From IMG/VR virus record IMGVR_UViG_3300009666_001319: DNA of 64,000 nt; one strand, given 5' to 3'. Origin of the DNA: an uncultured virus (IMG/VR IMGVR_UViG_3300009666_001319). Its lineage: Duplodnaviria > Heunggongvirae > Uroviricota > Caudoviricetes. The notes beneath the pieces were generated by a model. That model was not told where the DNA came from. It ran no database searches and saw only the letters and a list, made by a program, of their open reading frames with translations. Positions 47,965 through 57,307 of the stretch are shown here, piece after piece; the first letter of the stretch is position 1, and each line of letters starts with the position of its first letter. The position numbers were made by a program, and so were the translations under genes.

Positions 47965-48509
47965 CTGCATTCCCTCCGATATTCTTCTATCCACTCTTTC
48001 GCGGCCTTGTTCCCGATGCTGCTTTTCAGCCCGTTTTCCAGATATGTTTTTTCAAAACCCCAGTAGTCGTAGCCCTCGTCCAGAAGTCGGTAATACTCCT
48101 GTGTCGGTTCTCCGAGCAGGCGTTTCTCGTGCATGATGTACGCGATGCACTCACGGCGTTTCTTCAGCCTGCGTCCTTTCAGGCTCCACACGGGCAGGAG
48201 AAACTCCCTCTTGTAGTAGTATTTGGGATAGCCCTCAAACCGGTCGAGCCTCGCCTCGTCTTCCGCCGTCATCCTGTAGACCACCACTGGCACAAAGCAG
48301 TTGGCATCCTGTTCGATGGTGGCGTAGAAGCCGGTCATGCTCTTCTTGAAAAGCAGCCTGTATCCGCCGAGCATCGATGTGCCTATGACCTCCGCACCCG
48401 GACAGCGGCTCTTCATCCGCTCTACGTTCAGGTTGCTCCCGTAGGCGATGCAGTGGACTTCCTCGTCTGCCGGCGACACCAGTCTGAACCTATCCCAGAA
48501 CTCATTCAC
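47961..48509 (-). CDS. Gamma-glutamylcyclotransferase (AIG2-like)
   Basis: IAYGSNL..RCP..LDRFEGYPKYY. Confidence 0.86.
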   Translation of the reverse strand: MNEFWDRFRLVSPADEEVHCIAYGSNLNVERMKSRCPGAEVIGTSMLGGYRLLFKKSMTGFYATIEQDANCFVPVVVYRMTAEDEARLDRFEGYPKYYYKREFLLPVWSLKGRRLKKRRECIAYIMHEKRLLGEPTQEYYRLLDEGYDYWGFEKTYLENGLKSSIGNKAAKEWIEEYRRECR

Positions 48510-48744
48510 AGGGTTCACCGCCCTTCCGCTCAATGCGGGCAAGATCCTTCTCGCTGATATCGCCGTCCGCCTCGCCAAGCACATGGAACTCCACGCCCTG
48601 GAAATGGTCCGCGTCAAGGATGTACTCCGCGTTCTTCCATGCGTCGGATGCCCTCGTATGGGCCTGTGCTTCCGACTCCGCTTCCACAATCACGGTCATC
48701 TGCAGGGTCTCCGTAATCAGCACTTTATATTCTTTCATGGCCAT
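48502..48744 (-). CDS. DpnD/PcfM-like protein
   Basis: YKVLITETL..V.VEAESE..A...YILDADHF.GVEF. Confidence 0.75.
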   Translation of the reverse strand: MAMKEYKVLITETLQMTVIVEAESEAQAHTRASDAWKNAEYILDADHFQGVEFHVLGEADGDISEKDLARIERKGGEPCE

Positions 48745-48808
48745 CCGCCTCCTTTCACTGCCTTAAGCCGGGTTTCCCCGGCAAGGCGCTATGTGTTCTG
48801 TTTCCGCT

Positions 48809-49765
48809 TCAGCAGGCCTGTCTCCAGGCTGCGTTGCCGTCCATGTTCCGCAGGAGAATCTCGCGGGCTGTTTCAAACTCCTCTCCGATGAAGCCCAGCC
48901 GGAGCATCCAGCAGCGGAAGGCGTATTTTTCGTTGTCGGTCTGCTGGGGCTTGGGGCTTGCGTAGCTCAGTTCCTTGGCAAGCTCGCTCATCGCAAGGCA
49001 AAGCTGAATGTAGGCTTTCATCTCGCCCGCGTGGATGCCGCCGCGCTTTCCGTCGTGCGGGTCAGAAAACTGGAAAAGTCTGAACTCGACCGTCCCCTTG
49101 GTGAAGCTGGCGTGGAGGTTGAGCATGTGGTACCGGCTGTCGTTGTAGTGCTGGCTTCTGCCGTAGTTCGCGCCGTTGCCTTCGTACCAGCAATCCGCAA
49201 GTCTCTGCATGGTCTTCGGCTTCTGCCGGTTGAGCCGGTCAAGGAACCTGTGGTCGACCACCTTGCAGTAGTGTCCGGTGCGGCCTTCGTCGATGCGGAT
49301 CGCCCTTCCGATCTGCGTCTCGTGTGCGGCCATGATGTTGACCAGGTTGCGGAGGCTCTTGGCGTCGTGGTCTCTGCCGTCCAGCCCTTTGAGTCCGATG
49401 TGGATGTGGACTCCGCATCCCCTTGAAGGGCTGCTCTTCATCCCTGCGTGACGGAGGGTTCGGAGGAGCTCCTGGAAGGTCTCCATGTCGGCGTAGGTCA
49501 GGATCGGGGTGACCAGTTCGCACTTTTCATCGTCCGGTCCGCTGATGCTCACGTCCCTCTGGAATTTCCATTCCCTGTCCTGCGCATCCCATGCGCTCCA
49601 GGTCATGTAGCCGTTTCTGTAGGCTGTGTTCTCGTAGCGTCCGGTTCCGAAGAACTCGGCGGCAACCTTCGCTGCCTTCTGGCGGGTGATGTTGTTGCCC
49701 TCGACCTCAACTCCGAAGGTCTGCGCTTTCATGTTCTCGATCTGGCGTGCGGTCTTCTCTGTCAT
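48809..49765 (-). CDS. Amidoligase-family (COOH-NH2 ligase) protein
   Basis: TFGVEVE, DVSI..CELVTP, CGVHIH, RYHMLNL, TVEFRLF, FRCWMLRLG. Confidence 0.88.
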   Translation of the reverse strand: MTEKTARQIENMKAQTFGVEVEGNNITRQKAAKVAAEFFGTGRYENTAYRNGYMTWSAWDAQDREWKFQRDVSISGPDDEKCELVTPILTYADMETFQELLRTLRHAGMKSSPSRGCGVHIHIGLKGLDGRDHDAKSLRNLVNIMAAHETQIGRAIRIDEGRTGHYCKVVDHRFLDRLNRQKPKTMQRLADCWYEGNGANYGRSQHYNDSRYHMLNLHASFTKGTVEFRLFQFSDPHDGKRGGIHAGEMKAYIQLCLAMSELAKELSYASPKPQQTDNEKYAFRCWMLRLGFIGEEFETAREILLRNMDGNAAWRQAC

Positions 49766-49953
49766 GGTGGTTATCTCCTTTCGGCTCTGCCGTGTGTGTT
49801 TTCCCTTTCGGTGTGTACATATATCACTCTAAAAGGCTGAAAAGTCCACGCCTAAACGCGATAAATCTGAGATAAATACCACCAGATATTAAGCTGATTT
49901 CCAGGGCTGTATCTGGTACATATAGCCCGGTTTTTCAGGAGTCGGAAGGCGGG

Positions 49954-51093
49954 TTATTCCGCCTCCGCAGTCTCCGCTTTTGCCGCCTTCAGCGCCACCT
50001 TCTTGGCGTTCTGGCGGGCTTTCCATTTCTCCTCATCCGCAGGGGTGCGGAAGGCCGCGTGGCCGGAAAGGTTCGCCATCAGGATCTTGCGCTCCGCCTT
50101 GTATTCCGGTCCGTTCAGCCCCAGCCTCACCAACCAGACGCGGAGGGAATACTTCTCGTTGCTGTCATCCGTTTCCTTGGCCTGCACCCGCTTCTGCGTC
50201 TGCGCCATCTTGTTCATGGCCGCCGCCAGCTTCATGAAAGCCTGCAGGTGATCCTGATCCCGCACACCCGTGAAGCCGTCGAAGATGACCTTGTCTTCAT
50301 CAAAGGAAAGCCCTGTGAGGCCGTTGTCACTTCCATCCCATTCCTGTACAAAGGCGATCAGGTCAGCCGGCCGGCTGAAGGTGTGACGGTCAAGGATGTC
50401 ATCTACCAGTTCCTTATCCGCATGAAAGGTTCCGCCGGTTGCCTTGGAAATGAGCAGTCCTCTCGTGTGGATCATGCAGATCAGGTTGGTCAGGGAAGCG
50501 ACCGTATGCTTTGAGAGCGGGAAGCTGATTCTAGCGTCCAGCGGGAAGGTCTCCGTCTCATCCGTATCCCGGATGCCGAGACTCGCCGCCGATTCCTCTT
50601 CGGCTTCCTGGTCGTATTCCGCATCCGGAATGGGGTCGGTTTCTGCGGTATCCGTTTTCTCAATGCCCGTTTCCTCCGTCTGTGCGGTCATCTCCGCAAA
50701 GATGTCCGTCTCCGGCTGCCACACTTCCTGCTCCTCATGGGTCTCTGCAGGCGCTTCCGCTTCTTCCCAGTCATCCTCGCCCCATTCCTCCGTTCCGAGA
50801 TCCGGCTGGGTGATCTGCGTGGGCGCACCGGAAGGCTGTGCTGTCGGCACCGCGCTTACCGGATGCGTCTCCTCGATGCATTCTCCGATCATGTTCTCAG
50901 AGATGAGGGTCTGGAGGATGTTTTCGTCCGCGCCTTCTTCCACCGTCAGGCGGCCGTCCTTCTCGACTGTGAAGGGGCCGATCTCGTAGGCGCAGCGCGG
51001 CACAAAAGTGTAACGCGAATTCAGTCCTGTCAGTTCGCTCAGGCGGGCGACCAGCAGCTTGCGGTCGTCGATGTTCTTTTCGTATTTCTTCAT
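49954..51093 (-). CDS. Phage 'virulence-related' family protein with acidic insert
   Basis: PRCAYEIG; NEKYSLRVWLVRLG..RKILMANLSGHAAFR. Confidence 0.7.
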   Translation of the reverse strand: MKKYEKNIDDRKLLVARLSELTGLNSRYTFVPRCAYEIGPFTVEKDGRLTVEEGADENILQTLISENMIGECIEETHPVSAVPTAQPSGAPTQITQPDLGTEEWGEDDWEEAEAPAETHEEQEVWQPETDIFAEMTAQTEETGIEKTDTAETDPIPDAEYDQEAEEESAASLGIRDTDETETFPLDARISFPLSKHTVASLTNLICMIHTRGLLISKATGGTFHADKELVDDILDRHTFSRPADLIAFVQEWDGSDNGLTGLSFDEDKVIFDGFTGVRDQDHLQAFMKLAAAMNKMAQTQKRVQAKETDDSNEKYSLRVWLVRLGLNGPEYKAERKILMANLSGHAAFRTPADEEKWKARQNAKKVALKAAKAETAEAE

Positions 51094-51252
51094 GGCAGTT
51101 CGCTCCTTTCTTGGTTCCGCACCTCTTGCGGTATGCGCATATTACCGTCATTCCCCCGACTTATCCACGCCTGTTTGCGATAAATCTGCTGTAATTTTCA
51201 GATTTGTCACAGTGCCCGAAAAATGCGGTGAATAGCAGGGTAAATGTGACGA

Positions 51253-51417
51253 TCAGGAGCTTCTGCGCTTCTCTCTCCAGCTGCGGAGATATTCTATCTG
51301 GTCATTGTCGTCCCTTTCCTGCTCCATAGGATCTTCATCTGACGCGATCATGCCAAGCACCAGACCCATGACAAAGCTGATGGTCAGGACAACCGCCATA
51401 ACAATCATGAATTTCAT
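51253..51417 (-). CDS. Small membrane protein
   Basis: MKFMIVMAVVLTISFVMGLVLG..; GGAGG RBS. Confidence 0.6.
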   Translation of the reverse strand: MKFMIVMAVVLTISFVMGLVLGMIASDEDPMEQERDDNDQIEYLRSWREKRRSS

Positions 51418-51456
51418 TCTGTCCTCCTATGTAATGGGGAGCGGACTCCCCTGATA

Positions 51457-53634
51457 TCAGTTATCTTGTCCGGCTGCCCAGGCGATCCCCGAAAGCACGA
51501 AATACACACACGGAAGTGCGCAGCCATTCCCCCAGAGCTTGTACTCCGCGGCATCGGTGTACGGATCAGCCAGCCACTTGCGGATCTGCTTCTCCGTTTT
51601 TGGCTTGCCGTCCGGCTTTGTGACACCGCGCCATGTCTCCCAGACCTCAGTCCAGAAGGCAAGCTCCTCATCGGTCGGCTCCGGGATGGCAAGGTCGGAA
51701 CACCACCAGTCCGGGAAGCCCTGGAGCCTCGCACACTCGGTTGGGGTCAGCCTGCGTACTATATAGACAGGCTCGTCATTCGGAGTGTCGTTCACGATTG
51801 GCGGGTCCTTATAGTCCGTTGCGACCAAAGTTCCTGCCTGCTCCTTCGACGGGTTCATGAAGAAGGAATTCTTCGATGCGGAGTAGTGCTCATCGGCAGG
51901 CGCGGCGACCGCATGGCGGTCAGCCTCCGTCAGGGTGAAGCTGACATCCTCATTGATGCCGCTGCCCTGCGGTCCGTTCTTGTCCGCCCTTCCGATCATG
52001 GAGCCCTGCAAAGCATAGGCAGGTTCCTTCTCCAGAATGGCAACGCCGCCCTGGTTGCTTGCCGGGTCCGGCTTGTCGGTGCTGAGCGTCCTTGCCGTAT
52101 CGGTCGGATACACATGCCCTCTGGTTACCTTCGACCCTTCGGATGTGAATCGCACATCGTAGGTCTCCGGCACAGGAGCGACAACGCAGATGCCTCCCTG
52201 GTTACTGCTCACAGCATTTCCGCCACTCTGGTCAAGTGTCCGGCTCGTCTTCGCCTCGTAGAAACCGCTGTGCGGATTGTCCGACAGCATGGCGTGAGAG
52301 CTTTTGCTGCACACACCGAAGGCTTTGATCTCCGGGTTCTCCTTCGGCTCAAAGACCATCGGAACCGTATCCCCGGCTCCTGTATCCAGGGTGTGCGCCT
52401 CATCTCCCGTGACGCTGCCGTTGTAGCGGTCAAAGCCCTGGGCTTCCTTCGGCTGGAAGAGCGTCTGGTCGTTGTTGCATCCGAGGGTTGCAGATTTGTC
52501 ATGGGTCAGGAGCGGGCCTTTGCCGCCGCCTTCCTTACCACCCCTGATTTTGAGCGTAACCGGCTCCGGCTCCGCCACAAGCGGCTGGTTATTGCCGCCC
52601 GTCCCGTATCTCGCCGTTACTGTAGGCGAGATTTCCATCGGTCCGTCATGACGCGCCTCCTGGGCATGGTTATCAAAGAGCATCGCGGCAGGAACCACGC
52701 CTGCACGGAGCGTCGGAGACATCTCTTCCTCGTAGCCGATGCTCCGGCTCTTTGCAGAGTGCTCCGTGGAAAAGCCGGCCGACTGCAGCACAGCGGGATG
52801 GTTTCCGTGATCCTGTGCTACCAGCGCCAGTGACTTCTCCTCGGTGATGCCGACACCGCTGTTGCCCTGCGTATTTACACAGATGGTTCCACCTCTATCG
52901 TCAGGCCGCCCGCCTGCCTCTCCAGCGCCTTCTTCAGCACCTCCGGCAGTTCCTTGCCACGCACGGAAGCCCTGCGGAGTATACCCAGACACGCCTTCGG
53001 ACTTAAATAGTATTTCTCCGGCACTTCCGCCAGCAAAATCTGCGACAAGGTAGATTCTTGCTCTTCGTTGGGGGACGGACCAGTATTGAGCATCGAGAAC
53101 TCGGTAAGCCACGCTCCATCCGTCTCCCAGATATACGTCCGCTTTCGGCCATCGGTGATTCTCAGGCGAAGGCACCTCGATCCCTTCTTCCTTAACTCCG
53201 ATAACTGCTTCGAGGACAGCTTTGAAATCGTCTCCTCGGTTGGAGGAGAAGGCGCCGGGCACATTCTCCCAGACGCAGTATCTTGGATATTGTCCATTGG
53301 TTTTCTCCCTCATTTCCCGGATGATCCGGATCGCCTGGAAGAACAGGTTGGAGCGTTCGCCCTCGTGGATGCCCGCCCTCTTTCCCGCAATGGAAAGGTC
53401 CTGGCACGGGCTTCCAAAGGTGATGATGTCCACCGGCTCCAGGTCGTTTCCGCTGATCCCGGATACATCCCCATAATGCTTCACCTGCGGCAGGCGCTTA
53501 TGCGTCACCAGCACAGGGAAGGGTTCTATTTCTGAATTCCACTTCGGCTCGATCCCCGCGAGGATGCCGCCGAAGGGAAAACTCCCGGAACCATCAAACA
53601 GGCTTCCGAGAGTCAATGTTTTATTCTCACTCAT
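51457..53634 (-). CDS. C5-cytosine DNA methyltransferase with a large modular variable region
   Basis: SLFDGSG, GSPCQD, WENVPG, QRRAR, RRLTPTECARLQGFP, GNG. Confidence 0.93.
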   Translation of the reverse strand: MSENKTLTLGSLFDGSGSFPFGGILAGIEPKWNSEIEPFPVLVTHKRLPQVKHYGDVSGISGNDLEPVDIITFGSPCQDLSIAGKRAGIHEGERSNLFFQAIRIIREMREKTNGQYPRYCVWENVPGAFSSNRGDDFKAVLEAVIGVKEEGIEVPSPENHRWPKADVYLGDGWSVAYRVLDAQYWSVPQRRARIYLVADFAGGSAGEILFKSEGVSGYTPQGFRAWQGTAGGAEEGAGEAGGRPDDRGGTICVNTQGNSGVGITEEKSLALVAQDHGNHPAVLQSAGFSTEHSAKSRSIGYEEEMSPTLRAGVVPAAMLFDNHAQEARHDGPMEISPTVTARYGTGGNNQPLVAEPEPVTLKIRGGKEGGGKGPLLTHDKSATLGCNNDQTLFQPKEAQGFDRYNGSVTGDEAHTLDTGAGDTVPMVFEPKENPEIKAFGVCSKSSHAMLSDNPHSGFYEAKTSRTLDQSGGNAVSSNQGGICVVAPVPETYDVRFTSEGSKVTRGHVYPTDTARTLSTDKPDPASNQGGVAILEKEPAYALQGSMIGRADKNGPQGSGINEDVSFTLTEADRHAVAAPADEHYSASKNSFFMNPSKEQAGTLVATDYKDPPIVNDTPNDEPVYIVRRLTPTECARLQGFPDWWCSDLAIPEPTDEELAFWTEVWETWRGVTKPDGKPKTEKQIRKWLADPYTDAAEYKLWGNGCALPCVYFVLSGIAWAAGQDN
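52875..53297 (-). CDS. Overprinted alternative-frame ORF inside the C5 methyltransferase (M.EcoHK31I beta-like)
   Basis: 140 aa; LSQILLAEVPEKYYLSPKACLGILRRA..RGKELP; GGGAGA RBS upstream of the ATG. Confidence 0.65.
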   Translation of the reverse strand: MDNIQDTASGRMCPAPSPPTEETISKLSSKQLSELRKKGSRCLRLRITDGRKRTYIWETDGAWLTEFSMLNTGPSPNEEQESTLSQILLAEVPEKYYLSPKACLGILRRASVRGKELPEVLKKALERQAGGLTIEVEPSV

Positions 53635-53911
53635 CCGTTTCCCCTTCCGTGGCTGCTTCCTCCGGGATGTCCTCAGACACAGGCAATCCCTGTCCGATGC
53701 GTTTTAGTTCATAATCAGTCTGGGCCTTGATGATGGCGATCTCTTTTTCCGCCTCCGCTTTTTCGATAGCGATCTGGTTTCGTATCGCCGCCCTGTCATG
53801 GGAACGCTGGGCGCAGAAGCCGAGCGGGTCAGATGCGATAACCACTATCAGCAAAAGGACGATGCCCACAACGAGGATCAGGTTTTTATACTGTTTTATC
53901 TTCTTGAACAT
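53627..53911 (-). CDS. Membrane-anchored coiled-coil protein
   Basis: TM segment LILVVGIVLLLIVVIA; GGAGGGAG RBS. Confidence 0.65.
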   Translation of the reverse strand: MFKKIKQYKNLILVVGIVLLLIVVIASDPLGFCAQRSHDRAAIRNQIAIEKAEAEKEIAIIKAQTDYELKRIGQGLPVSEDIPEEAATEGETDE

Positions 53912-54554
53912 TTGGTCTCCCTCCATAATCGATTCTTGTCCCGCACTTCTGAAAAACGATGAAGTAGCAATGATACTTCCTGGCATGAAGCTGGTTTCTC
54001 GCCTGCCAGTCGGCGACCAGCCGGTTCTTTGCCAGCAGCACAAACAGGTCCTTCGGATAGAAGCCGGTCTCCACCGCTGTGTTCATGATGAACACATGGC
54101 TCATGTATTGCTTCCCGCTGCTGACCTTGTCCTGGCACTTGAAGATCAAGATGCCGTCCGGCTTCAGCACCCGATACGCTTCCCGGAGCATATCCGCATA
54201 GCACTGATGCAGGCTCTTTTCATTGGGATACACACCAAAGCGCCGGTTGATCCGGTTGCCGTCCCCGGCTGTGAGGCTCCTGCCTTTGGTCGCCAGGAAT
54301 GGCGGGTCAAGCATCATGCAGGAGATGGATGCATCCGCCAAGGGAAGATGTCTCGCGTCCGCTTCCACGACCCCCTCTGCCTGGGGACGGATATCGAACC
54401 GCAGCGCCGGCGGCTCGATGCCGGTCCCGTTATAAAAAGCCCCTGTGCTGAAGGTCGGATCGCAGTCGATCTTTCCCTCCGGCACATGGAGCCTCAGAAT
54501 GTTCCGGATGATCTCTCCCTGGGCATATCCGATGCTTTTGACCAGCTCAGGCAT
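53886..54554 (-). CDS. Amino-type DNA methyltransferase
   Basis: DPTFSTG, LDPPF, EAYRVLKPDG. Confidence 0.8.
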   Translation of the reverse strand: MPELVKSIGYAQGEIIRNILRLHVPEGKIDCDPTFSTGAFYNGTGIEPPALRFDIRPQAEGVVEADARHLPLADASISCMMLDPPFLATKGRSLTAGDGNRINRRFGVYPNEKSLHQCYADMLREAYRVLKPDGILIFKCQDKVSSGKQYMSHVFIMNTAVETGFYPKDLFVLLAKNRLVADWQARNQLHARKYHCYFIVFQKCGTRIDYGGRPNVQEDKTV

Positions 54555-55320
54555 CAGCGGCCTCCCCAAGCATCTGCTCTTTTGCCTTGCGGCAGAACTC
54601 CGTGGAGACCTCGAAGCCGTAACTGTGTCTCCCCAGCTCCTTTGCCGCCCGCAGTGTGCTCCCGCTCCCGGCACATGGATCGATGACCACATCTCCGGGG
54701 TCGGTGAAAATCTCGATCAGGCGCTTCAGCACGGATACCGGCTTCTGCGAAGGATGGATCTTCGGATACTCCTTCCCGTCCCTCTTCCAGTCAAACCAGT
54801 TGAAAACCATGTGCGTCCTGCCGTCCTCATCCGTATTGCGGAATTTCGGCAGCTTTCCCCGGTACAGCACCAGGGCGTATTCGGTCGCGCCGACGATCTT
54901 CATATTGGCTTTAAGAACCTGCGGAGAATAATTCTTGCAGAACACCAGCGGGATATAGTTCTTGAAGCCGTACTTCTCCGCCTGCCGGATGACCTCCGGG
55001 ATCTGCTGGAAGGCACAGAAGACGATCATGCAGGGAGCGTCCTTCTCCCCGGTCTTCGGCTCCTTTTTCAGAAGCCTGTTGCAGAAGGCGAAGTACTCCG
55101 CTATATTGAACGTGAAGTCCGTATTGAAAGCGGCTTTCCTTGCCTTGCTGCTCTCGCCGTTTCTGTTGTCCCCGTCCACATACCAGTCTGGCCGGGACGC
55201 ATAGAAGTCCGTGCCGATGTTGTACGGGATGTCGGCGATCACAAGCTGTGCTTTCGGAATGCTGTACCCCTTATAGTTCTGGAAGTTGTCATGGATGAGG
55301 ACGCATTTCACATCACTCAT
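54547..55320 (-). CDS. N4/N6 DNA methyltransferase (beta class)
   Basis: ADIPY, HPSQKP, DPCAGSG. Confidence 0.88.
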   Translation of the reverse strand: MSDVKCVLIHDNFQNYKGYSIPKAQLVIADIPYNIGTDFYASRPDWYVDGDNRNGESSKARKAAFNTDFTFNIAEYFAFCNRLLKKEPKTGEKDAPCMIVFCAFQQIPEVIRQAEKYGFKNYIPLVFCKNYSPQVLKANMKIVGATEYALVLYRGKLPKFRNTDEDGRTHMVFNWFDWKRDGKEYPKIHPSQKPVSVLKRLIEIFTDPGDVVIDPCAGSGSTLRAAKELGRHSYGFEVSTEFCRKAKEQMLGEAADA

Positions 55321-56581
55321 CCTGCACCTCCTCCGGCTCGAAGGCCGCCACTTCATCGAAGCGGAGCTTCTGCCCGTCACGGATCACGAACACGTCATCG
55401 TATTTGCCGCCGTTGTGGGCGATCGCCCTCTTGACGATGCAGTCCACGAACTTCGGGTCAAGCTCAATGCCACGGCAGACACGGTCGGTCTCCATGCAGG
55501 CGATCAGCGTGCTCCCGCTTCCGAGGAACGGATCAAGCACGATGCCGTTGGTCATGGTACTGTTCTTCATCGGATACGCCATGAGCGTCACCGGCTTTGT
55601 GGTCGGATGGTCCGGGCTGCTCTTCGGCTTGTCATACTCCCAGACCGTGACCTGCTTGCGGTCGGCATACCACTGATGCTTGCCGCCCTTCTTCCATCCA
55701 AAGAGACACGGTTCATGAATCCACTGGTAAGGGCTCCTGCCCAGCACCAGGGCGTTCTTCTTCCAGATGCAGCACCCGGAAAGATAGAAGCCCGCGTCCT
55801 CATAGGCTTTTCGGAAGATCAGACCCTTGGTGTCCGCATGCCAGACGTAGATGCTGCCGTCATCGGCAAGGTTGGCCTGCATACAGCGGAATGCGGACAG
55901 CAGGAAATCATAGAACTCCGCATCAGGCAGATTGTCGTTCTGGATCTTCCCTGCTGTTTCTTCCACATCCACGCCGTAAGGAGGGTCTGTCAGTACAAGG
56001 TTTGCTTTCTGCCCGTCCATCAGACGGGTGTATACTTCCTCGCCGGTACTGTCGCCGCAGATGACCCTGTGCTTTCCGATAAGCCACAGGTCACCCAGCT
56101 TGGAAAAGACCGGCTGCTTCAGTTCCGAGTCGATATCGAAGTTGTCCTCTTTGACATTCTTGTCATGGAGCTTGTTGAACAGCTCCCCGATCTCAGGCGG
56201 GTCAAAGCCCGTCTTGCCGATATCGAAATCACCGCTGTTTGCGATATCCTCCAAAAGCTCCGCCAGGAGATGGTCATCCCACTGGCCCGTGATCTTGTTC
56301 AGCGCAATGTTCAGGGCTTTCTCCCTGGTCTTGTCGATGTCCACCACAGCGCAGGGAACCTCGGTGTATCCAAGATCCTGCGCAACGGTCAGTCTCTGGT
56401 GGCCGCCGATGATCGTCATGTCAGCGTTGACCACCAGGGGATCGGCAAAGCCGAACTCCTCAATGGAGTCGAGGATCTTCTTGTATTCCTTGTCACCCTT
56501 CTTCAGCTTTTTGCGCGGGTTATATTCAGCCGGTTTCAGCACGGAAATCGGCAGGACTTTCAGTTCTGCTGTCTTTTTCAA
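55313..56581 (-). CDS. ParB-N fused N4/N6 DNA methyltransferase
   Basis: YNPRK..GGHQR; TDPPY; HPTTKP; DPFLGSG. Confidence 0.92.
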   Translation of the reverse strand: MKKTAELKVLPISVLKPAEYNPRKKLKKGDKEYKKILDSIEEFGFADPLVVNADMTIIGGHQRLTVAQDLGYTEVPCAVVDIDKTREKALNIALNKITGQWDDHLLAELLEDIANSGDFDIGKTGFDPPEIGELFNKLHDKNVKEDNFDIDSELKQPVFSKLGDLWLIGKHRVICGDSTGEEVYTRLMDGQKANLVLTDPPYGVDVEETAGKIQNDNLPDAEFYDFLLSAFRCMQANLADDGSIYVWHADTKGLIFRKAYEDAGFYLSGCCIWKKNALVLGRSPYQWIHEPCLFGWKKGGKHQWYADRKQVTVWEYDKPKSSPDHPTTKPVTLMAYPMKNSTMTNGIVLDPFLGSGSTLIACMETDRVCRGIELDPKFVDCIVKRAIAHNGGKYDDVFVIRDGQKLRFDEVAAFEPEEVQDE

Positions 56582-56835
56582 TTCGTACCTCCGTAAAATC
56601 GCATGACCTCGCAAAACGGAATGAAGAGCTCGCCCAGGTTGAATCCCAGCTCAAGCTCCCCGCTCGTTTCCATGTATTGTTCCGTCATCTCACACCATTC
56701 AGCATTCTCGCCGTTGTTGGATGCGAGGACCTTATCCTCCCCGTAGTCGATGGCGTGAACGAGGACTGCACCGGTATTGCAGATCGCGTACACACCGATG
56801 ACCGCAGCGAGGTCAATCATTCTCTGATCTGTCAT
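56578..56835 (-). CDS. Hypothetical protein
   Basis: Coupled ORF between nrdG and the methyltransferase. Confidence 0.6.
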   Translation of the reverse strand: MTDQRMIDLAAVIGVYAICNTGAVLVHAIDYGEDKVLASNNGENAEWCEMTEQYMETSGELELGFNLGELFIPFCEVMRFYGGTN

Positions 56836-57298
56836 AGGCTTCTCCATTCCGCAGATGGATGATCCGCTGGTTCCGGCTCCCCCGGAAGGCAAGCGAGACA
56901 TCCTTTTCCGCTTCGATATATGGTCCGTCCACCACCACGCCCACCAGGTCTAACATTGGTGAGTCAGACACACTTTCCAGACGATATCCCGTGTAGAGCC
57001 AGACATCCTTCTCCGGCAGCTCCGCCTTCACCCTCTGCAGGAATGGGAGCAGCCCCTCCTGGTTCTCCGGCTCCATCGGATCACCACCGAGAATAGAAAG
57101 ACCCTGAATCCACGAGGGACGCAGGGCTTCCAGTATCTCTTCTTCAGTTTCTTCGGTGAACGGATCACCATAATCAAAGTCCCAGGTCTCCGGCTGGAAG
57201 CACCCGGCACAGTGGTTCCTGCACCCGGATACGAACAGCGACACCCGGACACCGGGACCGTTTGCAATGTCGTTTTTTATGATGCCGCCGTAGTTCAT
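56813..57298 (-). CDS. nrdG: Anaerobic ribonucleotide reductase activase (radical SAM)
   Basis: GPGVRVSLFVSGCRNHCAGC, RGSRNQR. Confidence 0.95.
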   Translation of the reverse strand: MNYGGIIKNDIANGPGVRVSLFVSGCRNHCAGCFQPETWDFDYGDPFTEETEEEILEALRPSWIQGLSILGGDPMEPENQEGLLPFLQRVKAELPEKDVWLYTGYRLESVSDSPMLDLVGVVVDGPYIEAEKDVSLAFRGSRNQRIIHLRNGEAYDRSEND

Positions 57299-57307
57299 AA
57301 GCACCTC

